DNA of 63,311 bases, counting the filler, from Lenisia limosa (lineage: Eukaryota > Protista > Breviatea), in NCBI GenBank assembly GCA_001655205.1. It is 10 parts of 10 records of this genome, joined end to end, with 100 filler letters (N's around TTAATTAATTAA, not from the genome) between each part and the next. Parts side by side here need not be neighbours in the genome. Positions count along the whole stretch, not along the records: positions 54,885 to 59,324 come from LPNZ01002580.1; positions 59,425 to 62,147 come from LPNZ01008730.1; positions 62,248 to 63,311 come from LPNZ01003482.1; 7 more parts are not named here. The stretch is one strand, 5' to 3'. Positions 54,785 through 63,311 of the stretch are shown here, in pieces (the first letter of the stretch is position 1; every line of letters starts with the position of its first letter). Under the pieces are notes generated by a model that was not told where the DNA came from, did no database searches, and saw only the letters and a list, made by a program, of their open reading frames with translations. The translations under genes were made by a program, and so were the position numbers.

Positions 54785-56377
54785 NNNNNNNNNNNNNNNN
54801 NNNNNNNNNNNNNNNNNNNNNNNNNNNNTTAATTAATTAANNNNNNNNNNNNNNNNNNNNNNNNNNNNNNNNNNNNNNNNNNNNTGATATTTTAAATTGA
54901 GCGCAAAGCTCGCACTGTTATTTGTTCTGACCAAGATCACAAGATTTCGGAATATTTACCATAATTGACGAACTATAATGCGCCCCCACCCCCACCTCAT
55001 AATATTATGATCCCCTATTTTATATTTAACTGGGACAGTTTCATTTCCAATCTGAGGAAGATAGAGGAGAGAGGAGAAAACAAACAAGGTTGTATCTGGC
55101 CGAAGTCCACACCATCATACAATATAAGGATATTGGATTATAGTGTTATCTTAATTCACCTAATCACCCCCATCCATATAACCATGACTAGGAAGGCCCT
55201 CTTTCCTGATGATATGCTAAGTACGGACACCTTCCCCGCGTTCACCCCAAAAGGAGATCGACTAGTTAGCGGATAAAGAACTGTCAAGTCTAAAACAGAA
55301 GGAAAAGTAAAGATCATATCGATATACAGGTAAAAATGTTGACTTTTTTTTTTGTTTTCCTTTCCCCTGCGGTTCATCTCCTTTTTTGTTCTTCTTCCAT
55401 ATTTGTATAGCACTGTTATTTTTGCTTTCGTGTATCCTTTGTCCTTGATTCTATTGCTGTACCTAAATATCCGCACTTTCTCTGTTAAAACAGTAAGCAA
55501 CAGAAGTGATGACAAACCTGGTAGAAATGGGAGAACGGTAGTACGAGAGAGTGATGGACTACACTAAACAGCAAGCAACAGAAGTGATGTGGGATAATGA
55601 TTGAGCATCTTCAACACTGGACTCTTCTAAGTATTCGTCTTTGGAGTCGATTTTTGAACGTAAACCGGAAACTTGGATCTGGACAACTTCTTCCCATGTC
55701 ATAGCAATACTGTAGTAGGTATGGATTGCAATTGTGAAATGCCCAGCCAAAACTCTCATTTTTTGAAAGGAAGTACAAGGTAGAACGAGCAGATTAGATT
55801 TCGTGTGAATTGCGTTATCTCTTTTGAAACAATGTATCATTACATAATTCAGAAAACTTAATATACAACCAAAATTACAGATGTCGAGGGTTTTTAAGAC
55901 AATTGTTTTGGGACCGCAAGGAAGCCCCACTCAATACAAGTCCTGTTGTACTTAATAAACAGTAGCAAAATGAAAGAGAAAAGCAAACTTGGTGGAAGAA
56001 TTATCGATATCATAAAAAAAAACAATAAAAAAAAGAAAAGAAAGTAGAATAATGAGGTCACACTCCAATGTTCGTTCGATGGGACATTCAATTTTGCGGT
56101 TAGCACTCCATGCCATTGTAAAAAGGTCAGCAACTTGAGCCAAAGAGTTCAGATGACGACGTTATTGACTCAGACGACAACCCAACGAGCATTAGTTGCC
56201 CAATTCGATTGAAAAGTTTCTCTAATAATGTGATGGGCGCTGAAGATTTATTGTAGTCTGGTTTTAAAGACTACCATTCTCCACAAGCGAAAACTATCGA
56301 TGAAGAAATCTCTAATTTCAAGTTATCTTTCTCTTTTTTTTTAATGAATATGCCCTTTTTACAATACTAATAGTGTA

Positions 56378-58145
56378 GGTCTTTTGGAGTTCTGGTAGGG
56401 AAGTAGCGCACAATTCACAGAAGTTCCTTATGGCTTCTAGGTAAGCTTCACTACGGCGCATCGACTTGGAATTCTTGTGTAAAACTTCCATGCTCCGTAG
56501 TGTTATTTTTATGCTCCTGTTCCAAAAGAGGCTTATCTTTATGATCCTAGTTTCAATAGAGACTTTCCTGCAAAAAAAGCAGTATTCCTTGTAATTGAGA
56601 TTTTTTGAGAGCAAGATAATAGATTCAATCTAATCCGGGATAGAAAATAGCATGGAGTATCATCAAAAAACAATACACAATATAGTCTATGATATTGGTA
56701 CGTCACACTGCTTGTCGGACAACAATCACTCTTCTACATTAAACCTGAAAATGATACTGATCCTATTCTTATGTTACATTTCTCATATTAAAAGGTCCGG
56801 GATTAAACTATCGTACTCTGCAGAAACCCCCCCCCCCCNNNNNNNNNNNNNNNNNNNNNNNNNNNNNNNNNNNNNNNNNNNNNNNNNNNNNNNNNNNNNN
56901 NNNNNNNNNNNNNNNNNNNNNNNNNNNNNNNNNNNNNNCCCCAACAGAGTTGATTTAGGCTCTTTTTGTTTCATAAATTTCCAATCTTACCCCCGCCCCC
57001 CTTCACCAGTTGGCCCAGCGTTGGGAAGAAAATCACTATAGTAGATGAAGTTGACCGCTTTGCCAGTTTCCCAGGTTAGCTTATCCATCTTGTCGCTTTC
57101 TTTTATCTATTTTTGGGCATTTTGACTTTTTTTATTTGGGCATTTTCACTTTTTTGGGCATTTTCACTCTGATGATTTCACTCGCTTCTATCCCATGGGA
57201 TGATATACCGACAATTTAATGGTACTCTTCATCGTGTAGCATTTTGACTAGTACTTCATTTCGGCTCGAAATAAGACTAAATTTCTCAATAAATCCTCGA
57301 GATCTATCGATATTTTACAGGTCTTTTTGGAACCGAAGTGAAGCCCTAATTTTGACTCACATTTCCCATGGTTATTTTCTGACAATTTTAATACTATTTA
57401 CTGTGGCGTCTTTTTTTGAGTATCCTTTTCAGTTATGTTTTAAACATTTCCTTTTTTTTTTCAAATTCTATTTCTAAGGGTTGTTTATTGACATTTACAA
57501 ACTTTTATAACAATTTCACGGTCTTTTATATCATTCACAGGGCTCTTTTCTGACATTTCTAGGGTTGTTTTCTGACAACGATCTCACTAAGGCGTTTGTT
57601 TCTGATGACACAATCGTTGTGTCCAGTATGTGTAATATGGTAGGAGGGCTTCAATCCTATCCTGACACTCCAATCCATATTGCCCTTACTGGCTTCACTT
57701 CGGTTCGAAAAATACCAGTATAGTATCGATAGTTTTCGAGGATTTATCGAGAAATTCAGTCTTATTTCGAACCGAAGTGAAGCCTTACATACAACTATTC
57801 CCTTTGACAGGCATATATTAAAATAAAAGCATGAAGAGACTGCTACAGATTCCTTAACTATTATATAATATTCGCTTTGTTCCCCCTTATTCATTTCATA
57901 TGATTACATGTATAATTTGCAAATGATTGGGTGGATTAGTATACAATAATCCAATATCTCTTGTAAGCGTGATGGTGTGGACGGCATCGGCAAGATACAA
58001 TTTGTGTTTATTTCTCATTACTATGAATGTGCACCATTCCAATCCATATTGCCATCTTTACTTCCCTAATATATATTTCATTTCAACCCCAGGACTGCCG
58101 ATTGTATAGCATCAATGTCTATGAGGAGGAGCAGACTCCTACTGG
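56378..58145 (+). CDS. Multi-exon hypothetical protein heavily invaded by repeats
   Basis: Candidate exons VFWSSGREVAHNSQKFLMAS|CYFYAPVPKEAYLYDPSF; WPSVGKKITIVDEVDRFASFP; GLFSDNDLTKAFVSDDTIVVS; DCRLYSINVYEEEQTPT. Family unknown. Confidence 0.35.
57249..57348. mobile_element. hAT MITE family A copy with perfect 8-bp TSD ATTTTGAC
   Basis: attttgac|TAGTACTTCATTTCGG...CCGAAGTGAAGCCCTA|attttgac. Confidence 0.9.
57688..57787. mobile_element. hAT MITE family A copy
   Basis: GGCTTCACTTCGGTTCG...CGAACCGAAGTGAAGCC. Confidence 0.85.
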
Positions 58146-58164
58146 TAGGGGGGAAGGAAGGTGG

Positions 58165-58258
58165 TAGGGCTTTACTTTGGCTCGAACAAAATTTATCGAT
58201 AACACTTCAAAAATTATCGATATTTTACCGGTATTGTTCGAACTGAAGTGAAGCCTTA
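58165..58258. mobile_element. hAT MITE family A copy (TSD gaaggtgg/gaaggggg)
   Basis: TIRs and a 7/8 TSD match; another partial copy follows at 58288-58370. Confidence 0.85.
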
Positions 58259-59065
58259 GAAGGGGGTGGGAGTTTAATTGTTATTGGTAGGGCTTCACTC
58301 CGATCCAGAAAATGGCTGGATTTCTCGATAAATCATCGATATATTTCGATAGTTTACCGATTTTTTTCGTAAATAAATGAATCCCTTTAGGGGAGTGGAG
58401 GGGAGTGGGGGTATAGTTGGTGTGTGGAGTGCAAGGGATGGAATTATTATTGACAAGGGGGTGTTGGAGTGTTACATACTAATAGTATGTTTTGATATTT
58501 TGTTTGATACAATTGAAAAACTCTTACGCTGCCTGGGCTTGGTTTGTTTTGTTGTTTTCAATCCTCGTCAACAGAGTTGATTCATACATATTCTAATTTA
58601 CCTCCCCCCCCCCCCCCCNNNNNNNNNNNNNNNNNNNNNNNNNNNNNNNNNNNNNNNNNNNNNNNNNNNNNNNNNNNNNNNNNNNNNNNNNNNNNNNNNN
58701 NNNNNNNNNNNNNNNNNNNNNNNNGTTGTAGTGAGTCGAGCGACCCCGAATATTCCGCCTGTTCTTGTAGGCATTTTAAAACTCTCGTTGTTTAATAAAT
58801 CGAATTAATATTGTACTCTACAATAATCTAATATCTCTTATTATAAGCGTGATGATGTGGACGGCTTTTGTCAGATACAACCTTGTGTATTTCTCAGCGT
58901 GATAAAAAACACAATTTAGTTCATCATACAACATTATTACTAAATAATATCATACAATAGCTATATACATATGGTTGTGAAATATGACTTATGGAATTTA
59001 GGATTTCTTCCAACTCACTTCTCCCATGCCAAATTGGAGTGATATTACCGGTGGGGGGTGGGGAG

Positions 59066-59158
59066 TGGGGTTTCACTTCGATTCGAAAAACCCCGGCGAA
59101 ATATCGATAGTTTTCGAAGATTTATCAAGAAACTGTTTCGAACCGAAGTGAATTCCTA
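59066..59158. mobile_element. hAT MITE family A copy (decayed)
   Basis: GGGGTTTCACTTCG...CCGAAGTGAATTCCTA. Confidence 0.8.
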
Positions 59159-59199
59159 GTTGGATGACCACATCCAAAAGAGGAGAGAAGATGGAAGAA

Positions 59200-59325
59200 A
59201 TGTTACTATACCCAGGGTGGCGGGGAGGCACACAGAAAGCTGTATGTAGAGAGTTGTAAGGCAAATGGGGTGAATTAATAATATACTATAATCCAATATC
59301 TCTTATAAGCTTGATGGTGTGGACN
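59200..59325 (-). repeat. Dispersed repeat family B copy
   Basis: Reverse-complement match to 2180-2280 and 4020-4125. Confidence 0.8.
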
Positions 59326-59657
59326 NNNNNNNNNNNNNNNNNNNNNNNNNNNNNNNNNNNNNNNNNNNTTAATTAATTAANNNNNNNNNNNNNNNNNNNN
59401 NNNNNNNNNNNNNNNNNNNNNNNNTTTCCTTTGTTTTACCACCCCTTCTCAGTTTCCACCTAAGATACTAGTGTGGACTTTGTTTTGAATGTTTAACCAT
59501 CAGAGATTCTGGGCTTTGTAATTTTTTTCATAAATTGCCATAGAACTCTCACCTACTCCATTTTCCACTACCCTCCCCCCAGTCCCCAGGTTGCATAGTT
59601 TCTACCAATATTACCCATATTCTTCGTCAAAATGTCCTTCGTTACCAACCTCACAGG

Positions 59658-61810
59658 TTGTCTCGGTTTCCACCAAAGACACGGGAGTAGACCTCATGGC
59701 TCTTCTAATGTAGGCGCGAGGGGGATTGGGGATAAATTTTTGAATTGGGAAACCGAAAGAAACATTCGCTTCGTGATAGTGTCTTCTCTTCATATAATTT
59801 TCTTCGCTTTACCTCCCCCCAGAGATGGATCACGAGCCATAGCGGTTCTTGCCCCCGAATGCGGCCTTTGGATGCCGGCCGCTGGGTCAGAATTTGGCGG
59901 GCCAGATTCGGGAACCTGGATGGACATGGCGGCAACGCTTGGTAGTTATAAGTTGTTTGATGGTGGGATTGGGGTGCATTAATTTCCTTCGTGTTACTTT
60001 CCCCACATCCCCCGATTTAGGGATATTAGTTGCATACATAGTGTAATTTCCTTCGTGTACCCCACCACCCTATTAAATTTTCATAAACTTCTTTCGCTTT
60101 GCCCCTCTCTCCATTAAGTCATTATTTGTCTTCTAACACCCCGGCCCCAGGCTCGCGTATTGAGGTTCGTACTTTACCCGACATCCAAATGGACCCCAAA
60201 GGCACTGTCATCATCGTACAAAGCGCTAAGGTGGGGGTTATACTAANNNNNNNNNNNNNNNNNNNNNNNNNNNNNNNNNNNNNNNNNNNNNNNNNNNNNN
60301 NNNNNNNNNNNNNNNNNNNNNNNNNNNNNNNNNNNNNNNNNNNNNNNNNNNNNNNNNNNNNNNNNNNNNNNNNNNNNNNNNNNNNNNNNNNNNNNNNNNN
60401 NNNNNNNNNNNNNNNNNNNNNNNNNNNNNNNNNNNNNNNNNNNNNNNNNNNNNNNNNNNNNNNNNNNNNNNNNNNNNNNNNNNNNNNNNNNNNNNNNNNN
60501 NNNNNNNNNNNATAATAGAAAAATAATATTATCAAAAAAAACCCAGAATCAAACTCTGTTGTCTTGCATTTATATGGTGATATGGGAAGAGTGGGGGGGA
60601 GTGTGTAACAATTCAGCCCCCTCCCATATGTATGTATAACAATTCATGATCCCCACCCCCTTCAATAGTGTATAACAATCCAGCTTATGGCGAAAGTCAT
60701 TGATAAGTTCCCGGTACCCTTGGAGGAGGGTGAGCACAATGACGATTTCTGCCTCATGTTTGACAAACCGGTGGGGGGGGGGGGTTNNNNNNNNNNNNNN
60801 NNNNNNNNNNNNNNNNNNNNNNNNNNNNNNNNNNNNNNNNNNNNNNNNNNNNNNNNNNNNNNNNNNNNNNNNNNNNNNNNNNNNNNNNNNNNNNNNNNNN
60901 NNNNNNNNNNNNNNNNNNNNNNNNNNNNNNNNNNNNNNNNNNNNNNNNNNNNNNNNNNNNNNNNNNNNNNNNNNNNNNNNNNNNNNNNNNNNNNNNNNNN
61001 NNNNNNNNNNNNNNNNNNNNNNNNNNNNNNNNNNNNNNNNNNNNNNNNNNNNNNNNNNNCCCCCCTCCAGGGAGAAGGGAGCATCTCCCTGCCAGGAGAC
61101 AAAACGATCACAGATCTGCATCTTCCCGTCCACGCCTTCCTCGAACTCAGCAAATTACCGAAGGACATCCTTGAGGAGAGGGAGAGAGCTAGGCTTGCTG
61201 GTGTGTTAAGTAGCGGAGTTCTGGACCTGTTTTGGACCTTTGTGTTAGCCCATATCTCAACCGTTTTAGCTGAAGCGGACGAAGCCCTCGCAGAGATGAC
61301 TCCTGTATGCCATAGGGGGGGGGGGGNNNNNNNNNNNNNNNNNNNNNNNNNNNNNNNNNNNNNNNNNNNNNNNNNNNNNNNNNNNNNNNNNNNNAACCAG
61401 TACCCTCCAGATGGTTGATCCCAATGAGACGCCTCTGGCCCCTACTCCTGAATCCGAAATTCGCAAGGACGATACACCTGAGCAAGTCGCTGATGAGCTT
61501 CTGAATAAAATAGAGGAAAAACAGGAAGAGGTGAGAGGGTGTGAGCTTTCTGGAATTGTATTTTTTTTTTTTTGAAGATTTGCTATTGTCCTTCAAATGT
61601 TTTGATTTTTCTTCTTGCTCTCAAAGTATATAGACGCAACCCCCCAAGGAACCTGAAGCCCCACCTGCCCCCGAAGCTCTGAAACCGGAACCAGAACCGG
61701 AAGCAGAACCGGAAGCAGAACCGGAACCGGAACAAGAAGTGGAACCGGAACCGGTAGTTAAAGCTTCAGCGGACCAGGTCCAGGCGGAGCCACTGGAGCC
61801 AAAGGAGTGG
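59658..61810 (+). CDS. Protein with tandem ubiquitin-like (talin F0/F1-like) domains and a Pro/Glu repeat
   Basis: In-frame joins: VVSVSTKDTGVDLMALL|IDG...ECGLWMP...GTWMDMAATL|GSRIEVRTL...SAK|LMAKVIDKF...DDFCLMFDKP|GEGSISLPGDKTITDLHL; EPEPEAEPEAEPEPEQE repeat at ~61680-61755. Confidence 0.45.
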
Positions 61811-62295
61811 GGGGTATGGTTTCTTATCGCATTATTTTTTCTTTGATATGTGTCTATCATATATGCGGATAAAGCTGTGTACACAGAGTGATAAGGCAAA
61901 TGATTGTGATTATGGTGTGGGCTTCGGCCAAATACAAATTTTCATGGTTACTCCCCTAGTGAGGAAGAAGTCATGGTCAATGAGTCAGGCGCAAAGTACA
62001 AGACTGTACGAGGGAGAGGGTGTAGCGCAAAGTGCAAGACCTCCTACAAGACCTCCACTTCCCCTTATATATCCCTTAATACCCTTACCCCAGAACTGCC
62101 TCCCATCATTACACCCCGACCCGGGTTTTGCTTGATTTCAGAAATTGNNNNNNNNNNNNNNNNNNNNNNNNNNNNNNNNNNNNNNNNNNNNTTAATTAAT
62201 TAANNNNNNNNNNNNNNNNNNNNNNNNNNNNNNNNNNNNNNNNNNNNTATGCTCATATAGAATCAGTTCAAGAGGTTCAAGTTTTATACCATACA

Positions 62296-62396
62296 CCGGG
62301 CTTCACTTCGGTTTGATAATAGACTGAATTTCTCAATAAATCCTCGAAAACTCTCTATTTTCTCGGTTATTTATTCCGAACCGAAGTGAAGCCCTA
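62296..62396. mobile_element. hAT MITE family A copy
   Basis: GGGCTTCACTTCGG...CCGAAGTGAAGCCCTA; further partial copies at ~62805-62870, 33738-33760, 48368-48400 and 55880-55929. Confidence 0.85.
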
Positions 62397-62706
62397 CTCA
62401 TACCGAATCAGCAAGTAAAACATGTTCAATTTGTGGTGTGTATCCTTTTTTTGTTTTTCAATATACACCTCCCCCCTCCCAACTATCGTCATTCCTAATC
62501 AAAAAGCACATCCCTTCCCAATAATTGCCCGCCCCCTTGATCCTCATGGCTTCACTTATATTCAAAAACAGGAAGAAGTCTTGGCCTATTTTACTTAACC
62601 TCATACCGAATCAGCTAGTACGTCTGGTTCAAGAGGCTCAAGTTGAGGTGTGTACCCTGATCTGAAAAATCAACTGAGTTGAGGCTTTGGAAGTTTAGCC
62701 TGCTTA

Positions 62707-62776
62707 ATAAAACTTCACTTTCAGTTCCCGTTCCGGAAATCTAAGAACAGAGAACCGAAACCGGGAGTGAAGTTTT
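62707..62776. mobile_element. Related inverted-repeat element (TAAAACTTCACT...AGTGAAGTTTTA)
   Basis: 12-bp perfect TIR sharing the CTTCACT core with family A; no TSD seen. Confidence 0.5.
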
Positions 62777-63311
62777 ATTTAATAAACGGTGGTTTGGGCA
62801 TATTTAGGGATTCACTTCGGTCGGCAAAGACCGATAAAATATCAAAAAAAAATATCAATAAAATATCGATATATATGTATTTCATAATATTCGTGTTCTT
62901 GATAAACAAGGTCATAACAATGTTCAAAATCCAACCTCAAGGCGAACGCAAGGTGTGGGGCTGCCTCCAGAGCTTTCTTGGAGTATACCAGGGCTATTCC
63001 TAATAGGGTAAAAGAGAGGGACAGATAGAGGGGGGTGGGGGGGGGCACACAGAATGCTGTGTCAAAAGATTTGTAAAGCAAATAATTGGGTAAATTATTA
63101 TGATACAAGTGCTCCTACAAAGAGCTTCACTTTAGGTGCAAAACACTTGTAAACTATCACTATTCATCGGAGGATTATCGAAAGTAAAGCTATATTTCCT
63201 CCTCACCTTTCCTTAATCGGTCCGCCACCTCAGCAATCTTGTCTTTGCCAGATTTGACCATTATGAAGCCAACTTCCTGAGGGAGGGAGGGGGGGATAAA
63301 TGGAAAATTTG

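Noticed and set aside
57030-57070. AAA+ Walker B (ITIVDEVD)
   Set aside because: No Walker A or other P-loop exon found in this gene model.
57688-57787. MITE creating a new GC-AG intron
   Set aside because: No TSD could be reconstructed and the flanking exon model is too weak.
57249-59158. Cluster of palindromic repeats as a CRISPR array
   Set aside because: Irregular spacing, ~100-bp units with TIRs and 8-bp TSDs, eukaryotic context and no cas genes; these are MITEs.

Overview
Intron-dense eukaryotic (protist-like, possibly amoebozoan) genomic DNA in the standard genetic code, with short GT-AG introns from about 30 bp. The window is a concatenation of about 10 contigs joined by 100-bp N44-TTAATTAATTAA-N44 spacers, so adjacency across spacers is not evidence of linkage. 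Genes assembled by hand from exons: FEX/CrcB-like fluoride exporter, MTAP, RRP9, FIS1-like, syntaxin-6/Tlg1, RPL7, CDC123, TPT1, MCM7, kinesin-14, a TetA-like MFS transporter, an ankyrin protein and several unknowns. Highlights: (1) a ~7 kb gene for a single-pass receptor with a bacterial-type BMP ligand-binding ectodomain fused to a class I phosphodiesterase domain lacking its catalytic/metal histidines (pseudo-PDE); (2) a box C/D snoRNA in RPL7 intron 1 predicted to guide LSU Am807, the same host gene and target as yeast snR39/snR59; (3) a ~100-bp hAT-type MITE family with 8-bp TSDs; (4) a repeat family in sense orientation in intron 3' regions; (5) a PH-PH-PH-C2 protein. Gene boundaries are approximate and all homology calls come from motif recognition, not database searches.
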